Shown here piece by piece: positions 18,671-28,805 of a stretch of 64,000 bases of DNA; the first letter of the stretch is position 1; every line of letters starts with the position of its first letter. The DNA is from Candidatus Latescibacterota bacterium. Lineage in GTDB: Bacteria > Latescibacterota > UBA2968 > UBA8231. Location: the NCBI GenBank assembly GCA_965243025.1, contig CBDETY010000003.1, forward strand, positions 6,080,001 to 6,144,000, given 5' to 3'. Both the position numbers and the translations under genes were made by a program. The notes below the pieces were generated by a model. That model saw nothing but the letters and a program-made list of their open reading frames with translations. It was not told where the DNA came from and did not search any database.

Positions 18671-20668
18671 ATGAGAGTCAAATTGACTTTGATGTCCGTT
18701 GCAATCCTCACCCTTTGTGCGTCCCTGACGTACGCGGGGACCGCCGGCTACGAGTACGTGCGGAGCGAGGATCTGACGATGCTCGGGATTGAAGTGGGTG
18801 ATGTGGAATACGATTTCAGCGGCAACGCGGAGGTTCCCTTTACTCTGTCCGGTACCCAAGCCACGGTCTATCTGGCGATTTACACCAAGGACCAGCCCAC
18901 TCCAGGTGGTTTCGGCGGCCCGGGGAGACCCGAATGGAATGGCGGCCACGCGCTGCTTCGCAGAGAGGGAATCCCCAACATGGTGAAAGTGGTCGAGTGC
19001 GGCCAGTTCGACGTGGGATCGCATACCTGCCTGTGGGATGGCACCGATTGGGCCGGAGAGGACGTCGAGCCGGGCACCTACACCCTCTATGTTCTGGGCT
19101 ACGACAACATCACCGACGCCAACTGGGTTGCCGTCACGGGGTACGGATTCCGGATGCGCAGCTCCGAGGTGAAGGTCATGCAGGGCCAGGGATACATGTA
19201 CATGGTCCCCGCCCGTTTGGGTGGCTGTTGCGCCAACGATCTGGGCGGGCCGAGAAGCCACCTCCTCGGCGGTATGGGTGGCGGCTTCACACTGTATCCG
19301 ATCCCCCCGGGAAATTGGCTGGAAGCCGACGACCCCTTCGACATCCTCTCCGCATACACAACCGAATTGCCGGATTACGGTTTGACCAACGACGAAGGGA
19401 ACCCGATACAGATCCTGAATGGCCAGGCACACGGCGTGGCCATCGATCCTGAAGATTTCTCCAGGAACTGGATGTACGGTTATGCCGGCGTAGGCGTCAT
19501 CGGCGTTACCATAGACTGGGATTCGCAGACCTCCGAGCCCATGGACGGCTTCGGGGAACCGCCGAACAGCTGGCAGACAGGGGAGAATATCGCCCAGGGC
19601 GATGATGGCACTTTCTTCTTCTCCCTGCAGTATCACGAGGGTTTCCTGTACATGGGCAACGGGTGGTTCAACGATCCCCCGTCCGCCGGTATCTACCAGT
19701 TGGATTCCAGCACAGGCGAAGTCACCGACATCATCGACGTCTCCGAGTACATGGTGTGGGAGCAGTACGGTCACGACCCGGAAGTTACCGAAACGACTCT
19801 CGCGGCGAGCATGATCAACTGCATATCGATCGACGAGGAAGGGTTCGTCATGTCCGCTGGCGGTTGGGGTCCAAGTTCGATCCCATGGGTTCCGATCAAA
19901 GTCGACTGGGACGGCGACCTCATTTACCAGAACCACACCGGGGACGGATACAACGACAACATCTGGGCGGGCGAAGCCCAGGCGCTCGGTGTCGAGCCTG
20001 TGACGGATGGTGAGTCTCATTCGGTCTCGATCTCCGGTGGGGAGATCCCGGGGTTCGTCTTCATGACTGAGGGCTCGAAGGGAGACATGTCCCGCCAGCC
20101 GGCCTATGGAGCGGTCTACGGCCCCGATGGCGCCGGCATTTTCCACGCCCAGGGCCCCAATATCCCGCTCAGCAATCACGAGGCGACCGGTACGGGGACG
20201 AATATGGTCCACGAGCAGTCTGACTGGGACGGACTCTATATCCTGACCGCCGAGAAGGGCGTGGGCGAGGAGGAAGGTTGGAACGACGAGTTCGGTGGCT
20301 ATCAGGTCGCCCATTGGCCCTTCCGGATCGAGCAGGCTCTGATCGGCACCGAGGTTACCGTGGTCGAGGAAACCTCCGCTGCAACGCCGGACGCGTTTGA
20401 CCTGGGCGATGCGTATCCCAACCCGTTCAACGCGCAGACGACGATCGAGTTCGCTGTTCCCTCCGACGGCCATGCGAAGTTGACCATACTCAACAGCCAG
20501 GGCCAGATAGTGTCCACGCCGGTTAACCAGTTCCTGTCGGCGGGGTCCTATCGCACCAGTTGGAACGGGAACGACGACGGCGGAAAGGCCGTTGGCGGCG
20601 GCATCTATTTCTACCGTCTGAAGGTCGGGGACTACGAGCAGGCCAAGAAGATGACCTTGCTCAAGTAA
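18671..20668 (+). CDS. Secreted acidic protein with N-terminal FlgD-Ig domain, probable beta-propeller core and C-terminal FlgD/T9SS type A-like sorting domain
   Basis: AAGGAG RBS, signal peptide, WDGTDWAGEDVEPGTY, YPNPFNAQTTIEF...GIYFYRL...KKMTLLK. Confidence 0.85.
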   Translation: MRVKLTLMSVAILTLCASLTYAGTAGYEYVRSEDLTMLGIEVGDVEYDFSGNAEVPFTLSGTQATVYLAIYTKDQPTPGGFGGPGRPEWNGGHALLRREGIPNMVKVVECGQFDVGSHTCLWDGTDWAGEDVEPGTYTLYVLGYDNITDANWVAVTGYGFRMRSSEVKVMQGQGYMYMVPARLGGCCANDLGGPRSHLLGGMGGGFTLYPIPPGNWLEADDPFDILSAYTTELPDYGLTNDEGNPIQILNGQAHGVAIDPEDFSRNWMYGYAGVGVIGVTIDWDSQTSEPMDGFGEPPNSWQTGENIAQGDDGTFFFSLQYHEGFLYMGNGWFNDPPSAGIYQLDSSTGEVTDIIDVSEYMVWEQYGHDPEVTETTLAASMINCISIDEEGFVMSAGGWGPSSIPWVPIKVDWDGDLIYQNHTGDGYNDNIWAGEAQALGVEPVTDGESHSVSISGGEIPGFVFMTEGSKGDMSRQPAYGAVYGPDGAGIFHAQGPNIPLSNHEATGTGTNMVHEQSDWDGLYILTAEKGVGEEEGWNDEFGGYQVAHWPFRIEQALIGTEVTVVEETSAATPDAFDLGDAYPNPFNAQTTIEFAVPSDGHAKLTILNSQGQIVSTPVNQFLSAGSYRTSWNGNDDGGKAVGGGIYFYRLKVGDYEQAKKMTLLK

Positions 20669-20690
20669 AGAGGTCGCCGATCGTGTAACC

Positions 20691-20731
20691 GAGGTGGAGG
20701 AGGGCAATGTCCTTCCTCCACCTCTTGTTTT
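20691..20731 (+). terminator. Intrinsic terminator after the 18671 gene
   Basis: GAGGTGGAGGAGGG/CCTTCCTCCACCTC stem followed by TTGTTTT. Confidence 0.85.
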
Positions 20732-20770
20732 CTAAGGTGATTTTTCTTGCGTGATTTCGAGGCGGTCCGA

Positions 20771-22840
20771 ATGATGAAGCGCAGCCACGAACAGCTCAGG
20801 AGCCTGAGTCTGTCGGTTTTCCTGCTCACCTTACCGGCGCCTGTCGCGTCGGAGATGGAGTGCGGTTCGGGGATATGCCGGCAGGCCTCCTGGAACAGTA
20901 CGACGTGGTACTACAGCGAGTTCGAAGCCGATGCAGCGGGGGATGGGGAGATTCGGCTCACCGCGGTGGATGGGTACGAGCTGTGGCTGAATGGTACGAG
21001 TATCGGGTTCGGTGACGACTGGACGACGATGGAGACTTACGAGGTATCGGTCGACCGGGGCACCAATGAAATCCTGGTGCGGGTGACCAGTGAGGGGATG
21101 GGGAACGGGAGCGGACTGCTGGTGGAGCTGGAGACCGGTGCGCAGCGCACCGGAACGAAGGTGGGGAATCGGGAGGAGCGGGAGGGTGCATGGCGATGGT
21201 CCAGCGAGGATCCGGACCTGGCGGAGGTGGACTGGAGCAAGGCCCCGCTGGTTCAGTCCGGCACCCTGGATCTGACCCGGATAGCGGGGCGTACGAATCT
21301 ATCGGTCGTGTCTGTGGCGGGATATCCCGGAGACGTGGACATCGGGACCTCGGAAGGGGGGATTGCGCTGAGCTCGATAGAAGGCCGGAATCTGGCCCTG
21401 GGGCAGCCCTCCAGCGTCCTGGAAGCCAACGACGGGGTGCTGACCAGTTCGTGGACGCCCGGTGCGAATGCCCTGAACAAGCATGTGAGCATGGACCTGC
21501 GGGAGGTCCGCAGGGTGAGCGGGGTCCGGGTGATCACCAAGGCGCCTTCGGGCAGGTCGGGCAGCTATTTCATCAATTCCCTGAAGGGGTATTCGGTGCA
21601 GGTGAGCGAGGACCAGTTCCGCTGGTCTGAGGTCGCGGTGCTGCACGGGATCACCGAGTACGAGGAGACGACGGTTCGTTTTGAGCCCGCCCTGGCGCGA
21701 TACATACGGATTGTTGTCGCCGAGATTGACGGGGTCAGTTCCCCGGATGTGGCCGAGATCGAGGTGTACGGTGAGGCCTACAGTGCCGCCGGGACGTTCG
21801 AATCCGAGCCCCTCGATCTCGATGAACAGGGCGGGAAGAACATCGGCAGGATCACCTGGGAGGCGGACGTACCGGTCGGCACGTCGGTCGCTTTCCAATT
21901 CAGGACGATGGTGGACGGCGCCTGGAGTGCGTGGACGAGGGAATACGCGTACGAGGACAGCAATACCTTCGTCGAGTCGCCCGAGCCCGCGAGCCAGTTC
22001 CAGTACCGGGTACTTCTGTCGACGGGGGTGGAGGTCGTCACGCCCCGGTTTCGGAGTATCACGGTGGAATCCTCTGCGGAGGACGTACCCGCAGAATCAG
22101 CTTTGGGGCGGGTTTCGCCGTCGACCGTGGAGATGGGGAGGGACACGACATTTACATACGCTCTCGATTTGGAGATCTCAGGGCAGAACAGCGGTGTCGA
22201 GCGGCTGATCATCGCGGTTCCGGGGCCGGTGACCCTCGACCCGGATGCGCCCGTCGACGGCCTGGAAGGCACTGGCAGTCAGGTGGTGGGCGCCGGAATG
22301 ACCGACAGGGGGTTGGAGATTCCTTTCGATCCTCCTCTGGACGAGGATGTGCAGTTGTCGATCCCCATGAGAGGCGCGATATACACGATAGCTCACTCCT
22401 GGAGCGCGCAGCTGCTCGCGCTGGATTCGGGGAATCCGCAGAACGTGGTCGAAGATACACAGGGAGGAGGATGGTCGGTTTCCGCCCCTCAAGTGCTGGG
22501 TCAAGTGCTGGTAGAGGCGCGGGCACAGCCCGCCGTTTTCACGCCGAACGGGGATGGCAGGAACGACCACGCTACCATCGTTTTCACGCTGGCCAAGGCG
22601 GAGGAGGCGCCGGTATCGATTCGGGTTTTCTCTCTGGGTGGATCGCTCGTTCGGGAGCTGCACGCGGGGTCACTGTCGGCGCGGCGGTATGACGGCAGTT
22701 CGCAGTCTCCTCCGGGGCGCTGGGATGGAACAGATGCCAGCGGAAATGTCGTGCCTCCGGGGATTTATCTGTATGAGTTGCTGGTGGAAGCGGATGAAGG
22801 GGATGAGCGACGCGTCGGCACCGTAGGCCTCGTGTACTGA
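20771..22840 (+). CDS. Secreted protein with discoidin (F5/8 type C)-like domain and C-terminal CHU_C/T9SS type B-like FlgD domain
   Basis: Signal peptide after ATGATG; MDLREVRRVSGVR..YSVQVSED..W..ARYIRI..VAEIEVYG; FTPNGDGRND...WDGTDASGNVVPPGIY. Confidence 0.8.
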   Translation: MMKRSHEQLRSLSLSVFLLTLPAPVASEMECGSGICRQASWNSTTWYYSEFEADAAGDGEIRLTAVDGYELWLNGTSIGFGDDWTTMETYEVSVDRGTNEILVRVTSEGMGNGSGLLVELETGAQRTGTKVGNREEREGAWRWSSEDPDLAEVDWSKAPLVQSGTLDLTRIAGRTNLSVVSVAGYPGDVDIGTSEGGIALSSIEGRNLALGQPSSVLEANDGVLTSSWTPGANALNKHVSMDLREVRRVSGVRVITKAPSGRSGSYFINSLKGYSVQVSEDQFRWSEVAVLHGITEYEETTVRFEPALARYIRIVVAEIDGVSSPDVAEIEVYGEAYSAAGTFESEPLDLDEQGGKNIGRITWEADVPVGTSVAFQFRTMVDGAWSAWTREYAYEDSNTFVESPEPASQFQYRVLLSTGVEVVTPRFRSITVESSAEDVPAESALGRVSPSTVEMGRDTTFTYALDLEISGQNSGVERLIIAVPGPVTLDPDAPVDGLEGTGSQVVGAGMTDRGLEIPFDPPLDEDVQLSIPMRGAIYTIAHSWSAQLLALDSGNPQNVVEDTQGGGWSVSAPQVLGQVLVEARAQPAVFTPNGDGRNDHATIVFTLAKAEEAPVSIRVFSLGGSLVRELHAGSLSARRYDGSSQSPPGRWDGTDASGNVVPPGIYLYELLVEADEGDERRVGTVGLVY

Positions 22841-23099
22841 GCCTCTTCCGGCCGTGGGGGCCGGCCGCGCTTTGCACGTAATCTCGAGGGATGGATCAAG
22901 TGCCAGCCTGGCTTAATTCCCGTTCCGCACGAGCGCCGATCCATCCCGCTCGCCACGTCCGCTCCCTCCCCGGGTGCCCCAACCCGGCTCGGTCGCGGCC
23001 TTTCACCAGGGAGGCAGCAGGGACCGCGAATTCCTCGAGGGCGGTGTGGCTCTTCCCTCCTCGAACAATTCCCGTCGACCTCTGACCAGGGGAGCAGCC

Positions 23100-25832
23100 G
23101 TGCATCTTCCAAGGCTCTCGATCACCGTGCCATGGGTCGTCTTCGTCCTCGCCTCCGGGGCTTCGGGGCAGTTCATCTCCAGGGACTACTACCCCCTGTG
23201 GGGAGAGGCGTACGAGAACTACGGATCGATCGGGTATCGGGATGCGCTGCAGCCGATCCTGGGAACGGGAGGCGGCGGGACCAGGGACACCGCTCCAGTC
23301 GATGGCTTTACGCTGGAGTTGGAGCGTCGACAGTACGATCCGTTCGGCAATTACCTGGCCGATGGCCTTGACGTGTTTCGCCTGCAGGAGTTCCGCGGCA
23401 TCGCGCCGAGCCGGGGGAGTCTTCTGTTCGAGAGCGACCTGTCCAACAGCATTTTCCAGAACCTGATGATCGCCAGCGATGACTTTCGCGGCTGGTCCAA
23501 CCGCGTTCTCATCGGGCATGCGATACGCACGAAGTTCACCTCGCTGACGTTCAGCCGGGCGCGGTTCAGCGGGATTCGGTGGGACGGGGCCACCCGGCGC
23601 AACCGCTTCACCGTTCTCGGGTCCAGGATCTCCAACCCCACCCCGCGGTCCGAGGAAACGGGTGCGGATCGGCATTCGGCCTATCTGTTCGGGGGTCGGT
23701 GGGAAAACACCGTCGGAGATCTCCTGACGATGGGGCTTTCTTACGTGACCACCTTCCGCAGCGATGCTACCCGGCGCAAGGGAGGGCGTATTCAGCGCGG
23801 GGTGGTTCCCGTTGATCTGGGTGGGGGAGGTCCGGTAGAGGATCTCTATGTGATCTTCAGTGACGACAGTCCGGAGGATGGGTCTGGCGCACAAGTCCAC
23901 GCGTTGGAGGTGTACATCGACGGGGTGCGCGCGAACCTCCAACCCGAGGTGGTGTTGATACCGCAAATCCATACCTATACCAAGGCGAGTCCCCTCGTCA
24001 TAGAAAAATTGCCGCTTCGGACTCAAGTACTGTCCTACGTGCGTGCCGACGGGCCATGGCTGTCTGAAGCGCTCAGCCACAACACTGACATAGGTCCTCT
24101 TTCGCGTCTTGAAGCGATTCTGAGACAGAGGGGGGCCGACGACAGGACGAAGAATCCACGCCACGGCCCTCCTCCACATCCTGTCGCGCTGATCGAGGGA
24201 CAGCCCCTGGAGACCAGCGGCACCGATGTAATACTGTTCAAATACCGGATACCCCCGAAGGCGCGATCGGTCCAGTTCCGGGCTCTGGTTGCAAACGACT
24301 ACTCGATCGATGTGGCTACGCGCGTGGGGTACTGGGCGGACTGGCACAATGTCCGGCGTGCGGCGGGCAACGTGCGCGACCGTTCCAATCTGGGCTGGGT
24401 ATCCTTCGATTACGGGTTCCCCACGGGCCTCGCGACGTATGGGACAGACGCTGAACTCGATATTCTCGGCGCAAAGATTCGTGGGGAGATCGTCAACAAC
24501 CTCGGGTATTATACCTATCCCGGCATCTCCGGGGCGTGGCACAAGCAGAGCACGCGAGCCTACTTCGTCAACGCATCACGCCGTTTCTCACGGGTCCATG
24601 CAGGTGCTGAACTGTTCGATCTTCCTTCGACCTACAGGACCTCGTTGGAGGCTGTGGATCCGGGATCGCCCAACGCGGTCGCGAAGCTCTACCATCTGGT
24701 CGAGGACAACGATGACCGGGATGAATGGCCCGACGATGACGAATGGCCGAACAGCCCGGATCCGCGCGACGGGGACGGGATTTTCCCCGGGCTGGACGAG
24801 GATGGCGACGGGATTATCGATACCAACGTCAACGACAACCAGGTGCCGGACTACCAGGAGCCGTTCCTGATGTACTATGTGGATCCGGATGGATACACGT
24901 ACGGCGACGACTTCGACAACAACGGGACAGTGGATGTCCGGCAGGACGACAACCGCCCCGACTACCCGTACGATCTGGATCGGCGCGGACGGCATCTGTT
25001 CGCCCGGCTCGACCTGACTCCCACACTGAAGAATACGGTCGGCTGGTACCGCCTCAGGAGCGTCACCGGCGGGGGGCGCAACAAGGCGCTGTACTCGAAG
25101 CTGCACTATGGGGTCGGACGCGGGGGGGTGGGCAGGATCGATGTGTATTACAGGATCAAACGGGTGAACGACGACATACCGGCGGACATCCGGGGCGGGT
25201 ACCTTCAGTTTGCGGGATTCGACGCGGTGGGCGCGATCCAGCCGGATACGCTGCCCATGCGCAACAGCCTGGTCAACCTGTTGTTCGTGGAGACGAGGTT
25301 TACGGGTATCCCGCATCTGAATGTGTCGTCCAAGCTGCGCTATGAAGTCAATGACCGTCGGCGCACGGAGTTCGACGACGGCTCGGTTCAGGAGAAGAGC
25401 CGGGATCGTTGGCGAGCGCTGGTAGCGCGGGCTGACTACAAGTGGAAGCTCGGGCAGCTGACGGTCATGCCGATGTTCAAGTTCCTGACCGAGCACAGAG
25501 AGGTACCGTCTTCGGGACGGCACCCACTCCTGCACACCCGCCATGTGATTCCCATCTTCCGGATGGATTACGCAGTGACCTCGGGCAATGTATTGCGAGC
25601 GGGGATCCAGGGCTTTGGGATGCTGAAGGAACGATACCGGAATGTCGCCTGGCCATTTGTCGCGTATGATGCGACGAGTCAGGTGTTTCTGTTTCAGAAT
25701 CGCGGGAATTACTCCGGATACGACGTGCGGCTCAACCTCGGGTTCCGCCGCCAGAGCGTAGATACCCGGAGCGCTCTCAGTCGCAGGTCCGCGTCCTCGA
25801 AGGAAGTGTTCCTGCAGCTGTACTTCGAATAG
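23100..25832 (+). CDS. Putative outer-membrane beta-barrel protein with Asp-rich Ca-binding insert, paralog 1
   Basis: GTG 23100 with GGGGAG RBS and signal peptide (ASG|Q); alternating amphipathic strands; C-terminus VFLQLYFE; FPGLDEDGDG..EPFL.Y.VDPD motif. Confidence 0.75.
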   Translation: MHLPRLSITVPWVVFVLASGASGQFISRDYYPLWGEAYENYGSIGYRDALQPILGTGGGGTRDTAPVDGFTLELERRQYDPFGNYLADGLDVFRLQEFRGIAPSRGSLLFESDLSNSIFQNLMIASDDFRGWSNRVLIGHAIRTKFTSLTFSRARFSGIRWDGATRRNRFTVLGSRISNPTPRSEETGADRHSAYLFGGRWENTVGDLLTMGLSYVTTFRSDATRRKGGRIQRGVVPVDLGGGGPVEDLYVIFSDDSPEDGSGAQVHALEVYIDGVRANLQPEVVLIPQIHTYTKASPLVIEKLPLRTQVLSYVRADGPWLSEALSHNTDIGPLSRLEAILRQRGADDRTKNPRHGPPPHPVALIEGQPLETSGTDVILFKYRIPPKARSVQFRALVANDYSIDVATRVGYWADWHNVRRAAGNVRDRSNLGWVSFDYGFPTGLATYGTDAELDILGAKIRGEIVNNLGYYTYPGISGAWHKQSTRAYFVNASRRFSRVHAGAELFDLPSTYRTSLEAVDPGSPNAVAKLYHLVEDNDDRDEWPDDDEWPNSPDPRDGDGIFPGLDEDGDGIIDTNVNDNQVPDYQEPFLMYYVDPDGYTYGDDFDNNGTVDVRQDDNRPDYPYDLDRRGRHLFARLDLTPTLKNTVGWYRLRSVTGGGRNKALYSKLHYGVGRGGVGRIDVYYRIKRVNDDIPADIRGGYLQFAGFDAVGAIQPDTLPMRNSLVNLLFVETRFTGIPHLNVSSKLRYEVNDRRRTEFDDGSVQEKSRDRWRALVARADYKWKLGQLTVMPMFKFLTEHREVPSSGRHPLLHTRHVIPIFRMDYAVTSGNVLRAGIQGFGMLKERYRNVAWPFVAYDATSQVFLFQNRGNYSGYDVRLNLGFRRQSVDTRSALSRRSASSKEVFLQLYFE

Positions 25833-25844
25833 TGGGTATGCGCC

Positions 25845-28784
25845 GTGGATGCCCGCCGCAGGCGGCGCCATAGGAGTTTGTGGGCAGTGACGCTCAAGAA
25901 GTCGTCTATCCGCAGGGGCTTCCTGTTCAGTGTGTGGTTGCTGAGCGTGGTCCTCCTCTGGCCCAGTGAGAGTGAGGCTCAGCTGGTATCGCGCCGATCC
26001 CTTCTGTCCCGGCAGGTGCCGGAGTATGAGAACTACGCGCTGCAGGGCTATCGGAGGACGGGGCGCCAGGAGTTCGAACGCACGACGACGCTGGTTTTCG
26101 ACGACTTCGGCAACCTGCTGATGGACGGGGTGGAGCTCTACCGGCTGTCCCAGTCGCACCCGGTGTTCGACGATCCGACGACGGAAGCCCGCGATCCGGG
26201 CAGCCTGCTTAGAAAGAGTCTGCTCTACCACGAATTTCTCGCCCGGCTGGTGCTGGCCAAGGACACCTACGTCGGCGCCAACCAGCGGCTCATCATAGGG
26301 GATCGGATTCGCACGCGTTTTTCATCGTTGACGATGGACATGGCGGCGTTGAACGGGATCCGCTGGGATTGGGATTTCGGTCGGCACGGCTTGTCCCTGG
26401 TGACCTCGCGGCTGGACAGGCCCATCTACGAGCTGGAGGCCATCTTTTCGTACGAAGACAACGTCCATTACGATTCGAGGGTAGAGGAGGTTCGGGGTCT
26501 GTCGCGGAGCTTGTTGGCGGCGTTTCTGCTGGGCGGCCACGGCCAGACGCGTATAGGGATGTTCGATGTGGGGGTTTCGTATCTGAATCAGTTCCGGGTG
26601 GACACCCAGGTTGGGCTGGCACAGAACAGCTTGAAGGGCACGCTTCCGGTTCACGATCCGGGAGGGATCGGGGTGGCGCGGCGTCCGTCGTTCATCGAAT
26701 ACCTGGTGGTCAAGATAGCGGATGAGACGGAGCGGGATGGGCAGGGGGCGCGGGTGTTCGATGTGCGCATGTTCATCAACGGGGTAGCCAGGGACGACAT
26801 TCGTCCTGTGATCACCCGCCACGATACGGAGGTGCTCGAGCAGAGCAACCTGGGGGCCAACGCCAACAATGACCGGCTTTTTCCCCGCGGCCGCACGATC
26901 CCTCCGTATGTGGAGTTCATCAAGAGTGAGACCGCGCCGGAGCCTTTTCTGCCGACGGAGACGGCGGGGGCGGATGGGCTGGAGGCCAGCGGCACGGAGT
27001 ATCTGTTGTATTGGTTCGCCATGCCCGAGGCGGGGGCGCGGGAGGTGCACTTCGAGGCGCTGGTGGCCAACGACTACGAGATCAGCGTGTCGGAGGTGTA
27101 TGTGGCCGGCCTCGTGAGCAAGGAGGCGAACCGGCCTCAGGATCGAAACCGGGCGACGTATTTCTACCGGGTTGCCGGATCGGAAGGGCGCGTTACGGAC
27201 ATGAGCAATCTGGGGTGGGTGGGGTTCGACTACGGGCGGCAGACGGGGGTCACCGTCGGCGGGATAAACCTTTCGACGGCGGTGTTGGGTTTCCAGTTGA
27301 GCGCCGAGTACGACCTGAGCTGGGACTTCAGGCAGTATTCCGACCTGGGGGGTCGCTACCACCAGCGCCGATCGGATGCGTACTACGTCAACGTGAAAAA
27401 GGACGTGGGGGGTAACGGATTTCTGGGAGGAGAGCTGTTCAATATATCCCCGCACTACACGACGACGCTCTCCATTCAGGATGGGAGTTTGGCGCTGTAT
27501 GGCGCCGTGCCCTTTTTCACCGAACTGGGCGGGACGGTCGACGAGACGCGCAACAACACCATGGAGTTGGATCTGGTGGATGACAACGACGATCGCGACG
27601 TCTTCCCGGAGAATCACTTCCTGCCGGCATTTACCGACCGCGACGGCGTGTTTCCCGGGCTGGACAGAGATCTGGACGGCCGTCCGGACATCAATCAGAA
27701 CAACAACAGTCTGCCGGACTACCTCGAGCCCTTCCTGCTCTACTATGTCGATCCGGACGATTTCGTCTACGGGGACGACATGAACAACAACGGGGTGATC
27801 GACCACCGCGAGGACGACGACAAGCCCGATTACCCCTACGACAGGGATTCACAAGGGTTTCACCTGTTTACCGGGGGTCGTTGGGACAACGGGCTGCAGC
27901 TGAGGCTGGGGATGCTCGACTTGCGCCAGGTCCTGGGTGGGGGGCGCAACTGGATGAGGTATGCCAAGGCGGAGTACACCAGGGACGAGCCGTCTTTGGG
28001 CAGGATCCAGGCGGTCAACTTTCTGAAGAGGGTCAAGGACACCATCCCCGACGAGCTGAATCGCTTTTCCCATGACGACACTTTCGGGCCGTTGGGACCG
28101 ATCACCCCGGTGGGTACCCGCGGGGTGAATCCCGCCGATCTGATCGGCATCGGTATCACGAGGTACCTGGACCGGCCCCTGCGCATGCGCAACAGCGTGG
28201 TGAATACGACGTTCGTGGAGGGCCGCTTGAGGTGGTTTCCGGGATTCAGCGTGCGCGCGAACGCGAAGCTGAATCTGAATTTCCAGCGGCGGACGGCGTT
28301 TCACGGGGCCAACCGGATTAAGGACTGGTCTTCGGTGATCGCCGCGGATTACGTGTGGGAGCGTGGGAACTGGACGGTCAGGCCCCAGCTGAAGTACATG
28401 GCCCGGAGGACGACGGACCGGGAAGCGGTGGTGCTGCCGGCTCACGAGCTGCACTACTATCCCATTCTGCGGCTCGACTACCGGCTGAGTCCGAATACGG
28501 TGGTGAAGCTCGGTGTGCAGGCGCCGGGTCGCTATCGGGACATTTTGAACGATTCGGCTGACTACGGATCGCAAGACTACCTGGCGATGGTGACCAACAC
28601 CTCCTCGTACAGCGGCTACGAAATGAGCTTCAACGCCGGCTATCAGCTCAAGCGCCGCCGGTTGGACGATCGCAGCCGCGCGATCGAGGACATAGACTAC
28701 TCACTTTTCTTCGTCCGCATGGTTGTCGGGCTGAGGGCCTCGGAGGGACGGAAGCCCGCGGTTGCCCGGAACGCAGGGACGTGA
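25845..28784 (+). CDS. Putative outer-membrane protein, paralog 2
   Basis: Signal peptide (SEA|Q); colinear motifs with paralogs 1 and 3 (YENY, DDFGNL, ALVANDY, DDNDD, EPFLLYYVDPD, GGGRN, YSGY). Confidence 0.75.
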   Translation: MDARRRRRHRSLWAVTLKKSSIRRGFLFSVWLLSVVLLWPSESEAQLVSRRSLLSRQVPEYENYALQGYRRTGRQEFERTTTLVFDDFGNLLMDGVELYRLSQSHPVFDDPTTEARDPGSLLRKSLLYHEFLARLVLAKDTYVGANQRLIIGDRIRTRFSSLTMDMAALNGIRWDWDFGRHGLSLVTSRLDRPIYELEAIFSYEDNVHYDSRVEEVRGLSRSLLAAFLLGGHGQTRIGMFDVGVSYLNQFRVDTQVGLAQNSLKGTLPVHDPGGIGVARRPSFIEYLVVKIADETERDGQGARVFDVRMFINGVARDDIRPVITRHDTEVLEQSNLGANANNDRLFPRGRTIPPYVEFIKSETAPEPFLPTETAGADGLEASGTEYLLYWFAMPEAGAREVHFEALVANDYEISVSEVYVAGLVSKEANRPQDRNRATYFYRVAGSEGRVTDMSNLGWVGFDYGRQTGVTVGGINLSTAVLGFQLSAEYDLSWDFRQYSDLGGRYHQRRSDAYYVNVKKDVGGNGFLGGELFNISPHYTTTLSIQDGSLALYGAVPFFTELGGTVDETRNNTMELDLVDDNDDRDVFPENHFLPAFTDRDGVFPGLDRDLDGRPDINQNNNSLPDYLEPFLLYYVDPDDFVYGDDMNNNGVIDHREDDDKPDYPYDRDSQGFHLFTGGRWDNGLQLRLGMLDLRQVLGGGRNWMRYAKAEYTRDEPSLGRIQAVNFLKRVKDTIPDELNRFSHDDTFGPLGPITPVGTRGVNPADLIGIGITRYLDRPLRMRNSVVNTTFVEGRLRWFPGFSVRANAKLNLNFQRRTAFHGANRIKDWSSVIAADYVWERGNWTVRPQLKYMARRTTDREAVVLPAHELHYYPILRLDYRLSPNTVVKLGVQAPGRYRDILNDSADYGSQDYLAMVTNTSSYSGYEMSFNAGYQLKRRRLDDRSRAIEDIDYSLFFVRMVVGLRASEGRKPAVARNAGT

Positions 28785-28805
28785 TCCTGGTGATGACGGT
28801 TCAGG

